DNA of 64,000 nt, taken from Azolla caroliniana. Lineage: Eukaryota; Plantae; Polypodiophyta. Position numbers and translations under genes: made by a program. Under the pieces are notes generated by a model that was not told the DNA's origin, searched no databases, and saw only the letters and a program-made list of their open reading frames with translations. The stretch lies in assembly GCA_043228905.1 (NCBI GenBank), contig JBHGNT010000022.1, positions 6,820,001 to 6,884,000 of the forward strand. Reading direction: 5' to 3'. Positions 22,981 through 35,328 of this stretch are shown here, piece after piece (position 1 is the first letter of the stretch; each line of letters begins with the position of its first letter).

Positions 22981-25900
22981 CGATGGGCAACAACACAGGA
23001 TGGAAACCGGGATGACGCGAAGGGCACTGACACATAGGTCGGGGTGACAGCATGCTCTACCAAGAGAGTGCACGAAGAGGGAAGGAAGAGAGACCAGATC
23101 GGCAACGGTGTTCAGGAGGGTCCATCGAAGAAGAAGTTGCATGCGATGAACGTGGTGGATTGTATGGAGCCGGCAAGACGGATCAACGCCGACAAGGGAC
23201 CGGCGAGACGATCGGGTGCCAGTAAGGCGGAGGACCCGGTTAATCACTGATGCCGAAATCTCTCACCCTTTTCCGAACTTGGCACGTACCGGTGGACATG
23301 CAGTTTGGTGGGGGTGGATGTTGTGAAGAATTCCGGTTATAGTGTGAAATCGGGGTATACCATTTTGTGGAGGGTCTTTCTTTTCCTAGGGTTAGTACTT
23401 CCTGTTTTCTTTTCTTCTTCTTCTCCTTCTCGAGAAGTCGAGCGCCATAGCTATGGCGGCAAAGCTATTAGGTTAACTTCTTTTCCTCTGAGAGTAGCGA
23501 GCTTGAAGCCATGGTTGTAACATTTCCCTTGTAATATATATAATCGTATCAGTTTGTGCATATTGGTGTATTTGGTGGTGCCGGGAGCATAGCCCCTCTC
23601 TTTGTTTCCTGTGTATACGAGTCGGTGTGTGCACATGCTCTCTCTTCCCTTCTCGCTCTCTCCCTCTCATGTTCGGTTGCTTTCGGGTCGTGTCCGGAGT
23701 CGGTTTTCTTGGCATCCCTTTTCTCCCTCGTCCGAGACCCCCGTGGTCGTGCCCTTTCGACACATACGCGCCTAATAACGCGACAACGTGTTCATTCCAG
23801 ACTGAAATTCTGGGGACTGAACCATGTATACTTCTTCCTCAAGATCACCTTGTATGAATGCATTTTTCACATCCATTTGATGTAGATGCCACCCCTTCGC
23901 CGCTGCCACCACAAGCAAAACACAGACGGTCGTCATCTTTGCAACCGGCACAAATGTCTTATCTAAGTCGATGTTGTATTGTTGCACGTAGCCTTTTGCC
24001 ACTAACCTTTTGACGGAGCCGTCAGCATTGTATTTAACCTTGTATACCCACCAGAAACCGTTCGGCTTCACTCCTTTCGATACGTCCACCAAGACCCACG
24101 TCTCATTCTCTGTGAGCACGTGCATCTCTTCCTCCATGGCCTTTTGCCAGTTCGGATCCTTAACCACTTCTGGGTAGCTCTCCAGCTTACACATAGCAGC
24201 TACCTTCACTGTGTATGCATAATAATGCGCCAAATACTCGTTATATCAATATCGAACTACAGGGTGCTTTTGGCGGGTGGATTAGCATAGTTTCTGCTCT
24301 GCCGATTTCTTGGCCCTCTTGGCCGACTCGAACTTCTCTTCTAAAGATTCGTCTTTGTTCTTTCCGGAATCGGATTCCCTCTGATCCAACTAATCTCTGT
24401 CGTGTCATATTCTGGCATCTTCTTCTTCCATTTCTCTATGCGCGTGAATCGTCTCCTTGGCTCCTTGCGCAGGGAGAGCACGGTTGAGTCTTCACTAATC
24501 GTCGGCTCGTCATCTAGTTGACCACTCCGGCTCAACCAATCCGGATTCGGTCCAATAAGCCGGAGGGAAGTCGAACTATCTGGCCGTTCAGATTCCGCAA
24601 CAGTTCCCTCTGTCCCGGAGTCTGTCGTCACATCCGCAGCAATCGGCTCGGGTTCAGGTGATGCAAGGTACCAAGATGTTGATTCGTTGAACACGACATA
24701 GAGGCTAACTTGGACTTGTTTCGAACAGAGGTTGCAACACTTATACGCATTCTGTTCATTGGAGTAGCTAACCCGGATGCACTTCTCGGATTTTGCATCC
24801 ATTTTCCTTGGCTTTCCATCCGGCACATGCACATACACAATGTTGTTGAATACCCGAAGAAATGCCAAATTCAGCTTCTGCTCGAAATACAGTTCCTGCG
24901 GCGACACCTTTGTCCCTAAGGCAGATATCCAATTCTGTATGTAGACGATTATTCGAATTGCTTCGGCCCAATAAATCCGGGGCATGCTCTTCTCCTCCAA
25001 CATTGCCCTCGTCGCTTCTACCAACGTCTGATTCCGACGTTCGGCCACACCATTCTACTCTGGCATGTATTTGCATGAGAACTCTCGGCGAATTCCCTTG
25101 GTCTGCAAATAACTAGTGAACTAGATGGAAAAGTACTCTTTCCCGCCATCTGATCTCAGACACTTAATCTTCTTCCCGGTTTCTCTCTCTACATGATTCT
25201 TTAGGTCCCAGAAGCAAGACAAGACTTCACTCTTCTTCTCGATCAGATAGATCTAAGTGTGTTGACTGAAATCATCAATGAAGGAGATTAAATACTGACT
25301 CCCGTTGATGCTCACGTTTTCTGCCGGTCCCCACACATCCGAATGAATAAGATCGAGCTGATTCCGGCTTCGATTCTTCTTGTTGGGGAACGGAAACCTC
25401 TGTTGATTCCTGAGTTGGCAAGTTTCACATATTTGGCCTTTCCGGCCACTGATCTTCGGCAGTCTAGAAATTATATGTTCCGACTGCAACTCCTGAAGCT
25501 TCTAGAAGTTGATGTGGTTGATCCACTTATGCCACAGGTCGATGTCCAACTCGACCTTTTGCCCTTTTGCGAACATACCGGTGCCAACATCATTAGTTTC
25601 GAGGATGGACACTCTTCCATCCCGGCACGCTTGCACGATGATCCGGCCTTCCTCCTCGATAAAGCATCAATGGTGACTGAACCGGACCTACATACCTTGA
25701 TCTACAATTTGATTGACCGACACCAAGTTCTTGGTGATTGTTGGCACATGCAAGACTTTCCTCATGATTCTCTTCTGGCCAACATGGCTCAGAGGGGCAT
25801 CTCCGATGTGCACGATGGGATGTGAGGTGTTGTCCCCAGTTTCGACCACCCCTGGCTTCTCGAGAAAGGAGAACCACTCTTTGTGGTTCATCATGTGGTT

Positions 25901-26953
25901 TGATGCTCCGGAGTCTACATACCAAACTTCTTCCGATTTCGAGTCGAATACTCCCATCCGGCTGGTCTTATGCTTCATTACGAGGGCCGGTCTTGACCCG
26001 GCTCTCTCCGAGCCTCCTACAAAGTGTGATTGATGACGGTTATATGCGTCTCACTGGCTCAATCCAGATTTTTCTTAATCAGCTCTCTTCTTCCAGCACT
26101 CGCCTTCTCTGTGGCCCTTCTAGCCATAGTACCAACATTCCGCTCCGACCTTTCCTTGCCGGTTTCCAGCTTTGCAGCCTTGACTCCCCCTGCTTCCGGA
26201 GGGTCTAGAATTGCTATCGGCACCATCTTTGTTTGCCGTGGAAATCTTGGTTCCTCCCCCTCAAGCCGATGATGAAGGCTTGTAGTGTGTGGGCGAAGGT
26301 CAACTACTGCCACCCATTGTGGGTTACGAGCTACTTCGGTGGAGTTCTTGGGCTCTTGTTCAGCCGCTACCTTCATCGTGAAGGCGTAATGATGGGCCAT
26401 ATACTCGTTGTAGCCGAGCTGAGTGACAGGATTCTTCTCTATAGAAGAGCGTCGATGTTTTTCAATTGCCGATGTGAGTGCCTTCTTTACTCCGGGTGTA
26501 CGCATGATGGGTACACCAAACTCACTGTCTAGTGAGGGAGCTGATCCATCCGAATCATTGTCGTCAGGGTGGTCGACTTTGTATTCGGGCATCTTACCTT
26601 TGCGTTTGTCCAAGTTCGTACTTGGCTGCGACGTGCTTGGGTCGCGTGGGGGCTCTTGTGGCCCACTAGGCTTTGCCGTAATCAGACTTTCTTCGAACAT
26701 GTGTTCGAAGCGATCCCCATCTTCTACCTCTTGTTCGGCGGATTCCGGGTCAAGCAGAGTCGGAGTCGAAGTTGTCTCTGGTGCGTACCAGGATGTGGAC
26801 TTGTCGAAGACTACGTCTCGACTTACCCGAACCGCTCGGGTAGAACGGTTGTGGCACTTGTATGCCTTTTTCTCAAACAAGTATCCTATGAGGATACATT
26901 CCTCTAACTTCGCGTCGGGCTTCTGTCAGCTTTCATTCGGGATGCGTACATTC

Positions 26954-27386
26954 TGTTGGCCAGCAATGACTTAAGAGCCGGATAGAGTCTAGAATGGGAA
27001 ATGGATAATTAATCTAGAATTATTATGATTTTGAGAAGCGAATGAACGGACCCAGAATCGGTATGCCGATCCGGATCCGGTTGCCGGTTGGCACCGGTTT
27101 GTACCCAGAGCCAGTGACCTATAAAAGGACTCGGCTTGTTTGTAATGAATTAGCGGATAATTAATAGAGTGTTGTTGTTCTATATCTTAATTAGTGTTAA
27201 CTATCATTCTGTGCTAAGTGTAATTTATCTTACGCGTGTATTGTGACTAATGATCTTGCCGATTAGTAACCAATTAGGGTTTCATTAATAGTTCGGTCTA
27301 AGTTTATCTCACCGCAACACCCTTTTGGTGAAGTGTCTCAAAGGGACACTCTGTGTTAGGGCATTGTCCGGCCCCTAGGGATAACA
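26954..27386 (+). repeat. 5' LTR of the non-chromovirus gypsy
   Basis: TGTTGG...ATAACA; TATAAAA at ~27120; followed by a PBS-like motif. Confidence 0.75.
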
Positions 27387-29699
27387 CAGTTATTGGCAAC
27401 CACGATTCTTGTAGAAATGCAGCGAACAACAACGGGAATGGATGACTAGACCAACGAACAACCCGGTTACGGAGCAAGCAAGAAGACTTGCCGAACGATT
27501 GCGGAAGCGAGAGCGTTTCCCACAGGCGGCAGAAGAGATCCGTGTGGATCGATCATTTTCCAAAGTAATCCGGTGAGTGGTCGTGGAGTCACTCTGTATG
27601 TAGCAGAATTCCCACCCGGACGAAGGAAGCAGCTTGAGCAGTCTCCGGGACGCAGAATCCATTCTGCAGGCATTAGCGATAGGGGGAGGCGATTCGGAAC
27701 CATTCTCGGCCTTCAAATCGGATTTGGATGGCGAATGCAGCGCCCATTCGAATTACTGTAGCAGCCACGACACCCGAGACGGACCGGAGGACGAGCAGTC
27801 GGATACCTTGCTGACACCAGAGGAAGCCCCAGACCAGCAAGCGGCGGATCAACCTCTGACACTGCCACGTGAAACACCGAAAGAAGAGGAGGAAAGACCT
27901 TCGACACCACCAGCCTGTGTTCCAACACAGGACGACGACATGTCGTTCCAATATCCCAAGTACCTGGATGATCCGGATGCAGAGGCCCATGTGTATGCAT
28001 TTCTACAAACCTGGGAAGCGAACCATGTGTCACAGTGCTTAAATGTCACGGAAGTAGAACGCTCGAAGATTGCAAAATTCGGCATGTCTTTGGAAGGACC
28101 CGTCGCGCGATGGCGCTTGAAGCACATGCCCGGCACTATCACTACGTTTGATGATTTGAAAACCAGATTTTTACAATTCTTCAACAAGGAGGTGGATCAA
28201 CGGGAGATGGTTGACCTATTCTACACCATACGACAGGAACCTCCGGAAACCATTCAGCAATTCGTAATCCGGTTCCAGCGAATGCACAACCAGCTAAATC
28301 AGTTCCAGCGAACGCAGAGGCTAAAGCAATATTCCTAGGAGCATTCCGGGAACCCCTACGTACGGTGTGCGTACTCATTGATTTCCGAACCAGCACGATT
28401 GACCAGGTCATAGACCGGGTCAAGGAGATAGAGAAAACAAGCTCGTGGCTAACAATGGGGGCACTCCAGCGTGCCTTACCGACAGATGAAGACCTCCATT
28501 TTTGGCCATACAATGTACGACTTGTCTCAATGCTGAGCACTCTGCAATAAAATGTACCATGCGGTCACAGTGCATGTTATGCCATTCTAGAACGCACACA
28601 ATGGATTGCTCTGAATATAACTTGTTGAATCGGCAAGCGGCACTGGTCCGGCAAATCGAACCCCGGAGTAACCGGGAGGAGGAAGAAGAACGTTGGAGGC
28701 GAGATGAACGTTACTGGCCGGCGCAAGATGTCTAGTAGAGCGACAGAAGAGACGCTTACGACCGAGACCGGCAGGATAGCTACCGGGATTACAACGGTGA
28801 TCGATATAAGCAATACAACTGGGATCACTCCCCCAGTTACAACCAATGGAGGGAGGATCAAGGAAATTATGAAAACCGGCCCCGACAGGGTTACCGGAAC
28901 AAAAAACGCTTCAATAAAAAATGGAACGCTAGAGAGGACCACCAATGGAAGTCGGACAAGGGCATACCAAGTACCCAAATGGACCACCAATAGGACCTCA
29001 ACCAGGTACCAGAGCGAACGCTGAATCCAACAACACCCAAAAAGCGTATTGCTACTATTGCCGGCAAGAAGGACATTACAGTAATCAATGTCCGGTTAAA
29101 AGTTACGAGAAACGACCAGCAGTAAATATGGTGGTAGCAGAAGTCGCCGACATACAACAAGTCACCACCAGGGCAAAAGGCAAAACAACGGAGTGGGAAA
29201 CATAGGAGGCAATCTGAAAGCAAGCCACTGAGTGGGTGAAGAAGGCAAATGAGCGGAATGTGGTTGAGCTTGAACAACAAAAAGAGAAACCAGAAGAGGC
29301 CACCGACACGATTCAGCCGGAAAACCCAACATGGCAAGCGTTACAAGAATGTCAAATTACGCTGCCATTGGGTCGATTATTACAGCTAGTACCCCGAATT
29401 ACGGAAGGGGCCGAAATTAGGAATGACCGCATAAAATCCGTTGTCGGCTCCTGCGTTCTTCTCAAATCCAAAAGAAAGGCCAGCAGTGGTTGACACGAAC
29501 AGTTCGGAAATCACCGCCATCATCAAAGGATGAGAACTACTAGGGACAATTGATGACGGAGGATCGGGCATGAACGTGATTAGTCTACAGACTTGTAATA
29601 CCCTGGGAATCCAGGATTGGGAGCCTTGCCCGTTTTGGCTCCGGATGGCGGATACAAGTTCGATAAGACCTACCGGTTTGATATGGGATTTAGACATAA

Positions 29700-32600
29700 T
29701 GTAAAAAGTAGCGTGCGGAAGCAAGTATAAAGACAGAACAGAAGGGAGAATACTCAGGTTTAATGGAGAGCTTGAGCTTACACAGTATATGCAGTAGTGA
29801 CCGAGAGATTTTGAGAGGAGACACCAAAAGGAAGATATATTATGAAAGACAAAAAACTATACATATATGTGTTCAATGAACACTTTGTACAAGCCCTAGA
29901 AGGACTGACTAGAGTACTGACATTACTTCAATGCTCATTAAGAGCTCCTACACTAACTCCCAAATATAATCCTCACAGAATATCTTTCCTAATGGCCTAA
30001 CCGATCGGTCCCAACCGATCCGGTCCTCGGCTTCTTCAGCCGATCCGGCCGATGTTGAGCTTGTCTCTCAACACTCCCCGTCAAGCTCAACTCGAGGCTC
30101 TTTGGGATCTTCACAGCTCCGGTTCCTCCTGGCTTCACGGCTCGCTCGCGCTCCTCGACCTATTCGACTCTACGCGCTTCGACCCTTACGGTCGGCTTGT
30201 CTGCTTATGTGACCCTTATGAGCTCTTCTGCTATTGCGGTGTCGACACTTCTTCTGCTGCCTTTTCTTCCGCTTGGGCCTCGGTTGATTCAACGTGTCTG
30301 AATCAAACATCCGAACCGACTCGGCTACTTCTGATCGGTTTTCGCTCTCGTCTGAGTTGGCTGTCTCCAACTCGTCTTCGGTCTTCTCGCCCTTGATTGC
30401 GTCATCTCCCCCATGTGTGGTTGGCTTCGGCTCTCTCCTTCGGCTGCTCCCCTTCTGTCCGCTTTCAGACTTTTCCGTGGGTCCGCCCTCGGCGTCTTCA
30501 GCCGATCCGAAGTCGAACTCGACAACCAAGTCAACCGACTTGGACTCGGTGTTGCGGTCTCCGCTCCTTTCCTGCTGCCTTGCTTGGTCGTTCGGGACTG
30601 TTCTCCCCCTCAAGTATGGCACGTCGAGGTGACGCAACCCGAGCGCACCTGAGAATTGCCGCAACTTGTCCAGACCAAGCGGCTTTGTGAAGATGTCGGC
30701 AGTCTGCCGATCTGTTGGCACATACGGAAGTTCGACTTCACCGAAAAGGACACGCTCACGGACGAAATGGTAGTGCACCTCAATGTGCTTGGTCCGTGCA
30801 TGGAAAACGGGGTTCTTCGCGAGCTGGATGCTGCTGAGGTTGTCACAGTAGATCGTCGTCGGATCTGACACCTCCACCTCCAGGTCCTTAAGTAGCCGCT
30901 TCAACCATATGGCTTCGCATGTCGCGACAGCCGCTCCTCGGTACTCAGCTTTGGTGCTCGATAGTGCAACTGTCGGCTGCTTCTTACTGCTCCACGCGAT
31001 CGCGGCACTCCCGAGGGAGAACGCGTATCCAGACGTGGATCGGCGATCGACGGCATTGCCAGCCCAATCAACATCGGTGTAGCCGACTAACTGCGCGGTT
31101 GCACCGGTCCGATATAGCAGTCCGCGGTCCTTAGTGCCACTTACATACCGCAGTACGCGTTGCGCACACTGAAGGTGCTCCTCGGTAGGTCGCACCATGA
31201 ACTGACTGATCACTCCGACCGGATAACTGAGGTCGGGTCGGGTGATGGTCAAGTATATGAGGCTTCCGACAATTTGTAGGAACCTCGTTGGGACGCATAC
31301 CTTTCCCGTATCGGGACGAAGCTTGACGGTTCTGTCCAGAGGAGTCGAGACGGACTTGAAATCGTCCATCCCGAATTTGAAGAGCATACTCCGCACGTAA
31401 TGACGTTGGCTGATCAATATGCCTTCGGGGGTACGAATCACTTCGATCCCGAGGAAGTAATGAAGGTCCCCCAGATCCTTCATGTCGAACGATGCCGCAA
31501 GTTGGAGCTTCACGTGGTCGATTTCACCTAGGTCGGCGCCGGTGATGACCAAGTCATCAACATATAGTAAAATACTAACCAGTCCGAGTCGACCTTTCCG
31601 GATGAACAGGGAAGAGTCCAATTTTGACGTGACGAAGCCCATCCGACGCAGTTGTTGCGTGATCTTCGCGTTCCAGGCACGCGGGGCTTGCTTTAGTCCG
31701 TAAAGGAACTTCTTCAGTCGGCATACTGCCGAGGAGTTCGTTCCAGAGTCAAATCCGGGGGGTTGTACCATGTACACCTGTTCCTCAAGTTCACCTTGTA
31801 GGAACGCATTCTTTACATCCATCTAATGTAAGTGCCACCCCTTCGCCGCAGCTACTGCGAGCAAAACAGGGACGGTCGTCATTTTCGCGACCGGCGCAAA
31901 CGTCTCATCGTAGTCGATGCCGTGTTGCTGCGCGTAGCCCTTTGCCACTAGCCGAGCCTTGTACCGGTTAACGGAGCCATCGGTGTTGTACTTGACCTTG
32001 TACACCCACCTACACCCGATCGGTTTTACCCCTCTTGGTGCGTCAACGAGGTCCCAGGTCTCGTTCTCCGCCAATGCGTGCATCTCTTCCTCCATCGCGG
32101 CACGCCAATTCACGTCTTTAGCTGCTTCTGCGTACCTCTCCGGCTCACGCACTTCCGCTACACGGGTCATGTACGCATAATGATACGCCATGTACTCGTT
32201 GTATCCAAACCGCAAAACAGGATTCTTCTGGCGGGTAGATCGGCGTAACCTCGCATTAGCCGATGTCGAGGCCTTCTTGGTCGATGCAGACTTTACCTTC
32301 AAAGACCCGTCACCGGTTCCCTCGGAGTCGGACTCGCGTCGGTCTGACTCGTTCCTTTCCGTGCCGGAATCCGACACCTTCATCTTCCCTTTCTCTTTGC
32401 GCGTAAGCCGTCTCCTTGGCTTCCTGCGTAGGGAATGCACGGCCGAGTCTCCACTACTCGCCGGCTCTTCATCGGACTGGTCGTACCGACTCAGTCGTCC
32501 AATCGGTCCACTTAACCGGAGTGAAATCGGACTCTCTTCGCGGGTCTCGATTTCGGGCTCATCCGGAGGCATCTCGGCCTCGCTGACCTCATCGTCAGAG

Positions 32601-35328
32601 CTCGGATTGGAGTCGACGTTCGTAGTCGAGGGCAGGTACCAGGACGCGGACTCATCAAACACATCGTCGCGGCTGACATGCGCTTGTATGGTGCGAGGGT
32701 TATAGCACTTATAACCCTTTTGCTCGTCCGAGTAACCGACCAAGATGCATTTCTTGGCCTTTGCGTCCAGCTTCCTCCTTTTCTCCTCCGGTATATGCAC
32801 ATACGCAATGCTACCGAACACCCTCAAGTGTCGCAAGTTCGGCTTCGTTCCGAAATATAGCTCGTGGGCCGACAGTTTGTCTCCGATCCGGTTTTGGATG
32901 TATACCGCGGTTCTTACCGCCTCGGCCCAATAGAACTTGGGCAAGCTCTTCTCCTCCAGCATTGCCCGTGCCTCTTCCACAACTGACCGATTCTTCCTCT
33001 CGGCCACGCCGTTCTGCTCCGGCGTGTATCTGCAACTCAATTCGCGCTGAATTCCCATTTGTTGTAGATAACCGTTGAATTGACCGAAGAAGTACTCTTT
33101 CCCGCCATCCGACCGTAGGCACTTGATCTTTCGTCCCGTCTCCGTTTCCATGAACCCTTTGACGTCCCGAAAGCAGTCGAAGAGGTAGATCCACGTGTGC
33201 CGCGTGTGGTCGTCGATGAAGGAGACGAAATATCGGCTCCCGCCAAGACTAACGTTTTGTGCCGGCCCCCATACATCGGAGTCTATAAGGTCGAGCTTGT
33301 TCCGGCTCCGGTTTCACTCGTTGGGGAAAGGAAGTCCGTGTTGCTTCCCGAGCTGGCAGGCTTCACAAATTTGTGCCTTTCGGCCACTAAATTTGGGCAA
33401 TCCGAACACTATCTGTTTCGATTGCAAATCTTGAAGCCGCTGGTGGTTGACGTGGCCTATCCGCTTGTGCCACAAGTCGATGTCCGACTCGGATTTTTGT
33501 CCCTTCGCGAACATTGCGGTGCCGCCGTCAGTGGAGTCGAGGATGAACATCCTCCCGTCTCTGCGCCCTTGCGCAATCACACGACCTTCTTCCTCAATGA
33601 AGCACCTGAGGTGTGTAAACCGAACCTCCATCCCTTGGTCGACGATCTGTCCGACCGAGACCAAGTTTTTCGTGATTGTCGGAACGTGCAACATACTCAT
33701 GAGTTTCCCTTTCTGCCCGACATGGCTAAGGGGAACTTCTCCGACATTCGCGATAGGATGTGGAGTGTCGTCTCTTGTTGTGACTACTCCAGGTTGTATC
33801 GGTTTTTCAAGGTACGAGAACCACTCCTTATGGCTCGTCATGTGGTTTGACGCGCCGGAGTCTACGTACCACACCTCGTCCGATCTCGGGGTGCTCTGTT
33901 TCATTGAGTTTGCTTCGTGTCTCGACACGAAGGCAGACCCTTCTTCGGCTCTCCCGGAGTCTTCGGCGTAGTGCGATCGCTGCCGATTTCCCTTGTCAGT
34001 ATGTCTGGAGCCGTTTCCGGAACCGGTTCTCTCCGACTCGGCGCGCTTCTTCCAGCACTCACTTTCCCTGTGGCCTTTCTTGCCACAGTACCAGCACTCT
34101 GCGATGGCCTTCCCTTGCCGGTTCTCATGGCTTCGACTCCCCCTATTTCCGGAGGGTCCGGAGTTGCTGTCGGCATCACTTCGGTGGTGTCGTCCTTGAT
34201 CTCGTCGGCCACCTCCATTGCGCGCCGACTCATCTCTTCCTCCACGTATACGGGGCCTATCTCCCTCCGTGTACAATATTCTGTTATCGGTGTGCGTGCT
34301 TGTAGACGCACCCACGTGGTTCTCCTCTACCAGGAGCATTGACTGTAAGTCGAAAAAGGACGGCGTATTCTCCCGGGTACACACAGCCATTCGGAACGCT
34401 CCGAACTTCGACGCCAAACCTCCGAGACAGATCTGGACCATCTCGCTCTCCTCGATGTTCACCTCTATAGAGGCGAGGGAGTCGCAGATATCCTTGATCT
34501 TCGAGGTATAGTCTACCACCGACAAGTCGCGTTGTCGTAGGTTGCTCAACTCCTGTCGGAGCTGAAGCTTCCTATCTGTGGTGCTCGCGGCGAAAATCTT
34601 CTTCAGATTTTCCTATGCACCCTTCGGCATCTTTGCATCCCGAACATAGCTCAATAGTTGTTCGCCCACACACGACGCGAACCAGTATAATACCCTGCTC
34701 GCCGATTGCTCCCACGACGGAAAGTCTCTGTGTGTCGATGTGGGTGCCGCATCATTACCTCCTTCGACATAACTCTAGTAGCCGTGCCCGAGCAGGTACT
34801 GGTGCATCTTGTAGGACCAAGACGCGTAGTTGGTTCTGTCAAGCTTCTCTGTTGGAAGCGAGCTCGCCATGCCTCTATCCATCGTTCTTCTTGTTCTTCT
34901 TTGTCAAGCTGTGTCGGCTGCAGAGAGTTTCTCAACCCTCGCGCTCTGATACCATGTAAAAAGTAGCGTGCGGAAGCAAGTATAAAGGCAAAACAGAAGG
35001 GAGAATACTTAGGTTTAATGGAGAGCTTGAGCTTACACAGTATACGCAGTAGAGACCGAGAGAGTTTGAGAGGAGACACCAAAACGAAGATATATTATGA
35101 AAGACAAAAAACTATACATATATGTGTTCAATGAACACTTTGTACAAGCCCTAGAAGGACTGACTGGAGTACTGACAGTACTTCAATGCTCATTAAGAGC
35201 TCCTACACTAACTCCCAAATATATTCCTCACGGAATATCTTTCCTAACGGCCTAACCGATCGGTCCCAACCGATCCGGTCCTCGGCTTCTTCAACCGATC
35301 CGGCCGATGTTGAGCTTGTCTCTCAACA
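29700..35328 (-). mobile_element. Full-length copia element H, the youngest LTR element in the window
   Basis: 374-bp LTRs 29700-30073 and 34955-35328 (about 13 differences by eye); perfect TSD CATAA; tRNA-iMet PBS at 34941-34954; PPT 30074-30082. Confidence 0.96.
30170..34870 (-). pseudogene. Copia gag-pol polyprotein with a C-terminal extension; a few lesions
   Basis: CWYCGKKGHRESEC knuckle, WYVDSGASNHM, LRSDGGKEY, LLYVDDLVI, ADIFTKPL; TAG at 31823 (WHLH*MDV) and disruptions near 33170-33314 and in gag. Confidence 0.93.

Larger units (their letters stand above)
19287..23785 (+). mobile_element. Non-autonomous gag-only LTR element E (gypsy-like)
   Basis: LTRs 19287-19905 (first ~19 nt lost) and 23319-23785 (internal deletion); PBS at 19910; PPT GGTGGGGGTGGA at 23307-23318; degenerate gag 19943-20550; no PR, RT, RNase H or IN motifs seen. 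Confidence 0.85.
1862..26230 (-). mobile_element. Copia element D, fragmented (pieces 1862-2666, 18729-19286, 23786-~26230); 5' end lost
   Basis: 3' LTR 1862-2302 and PPT; RNase H end at 18990-19286 (YYDNLNIIQLSKNPVF, ADIFTKPL); RT 23786-24230, integrase 24341-25490, protease WYVDSGASNHM ~25900; collinear with intact relative H. Confidence 0.8.

Noticed and set aside
26059-26880. 273-aa ORF as an intact protein
   Set aside because: Chimera across deletion junctions joining the copia F integrase linker, an RNase H end and out-of-frame copia D gag.
31823-31825. In-frame TAG inside copia RT as programmed readthrough
   Set aside because: It falls at the conserved Gln of LHQMDV, so it is a CAG-to-TAG mutation; relative G has CAA at this position.
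30294-34511. Many long plus-strand ORFs overlapping copia H
   Set aside because: Antisense shadows of a GC-rich coding strand with no recognisable motifs.
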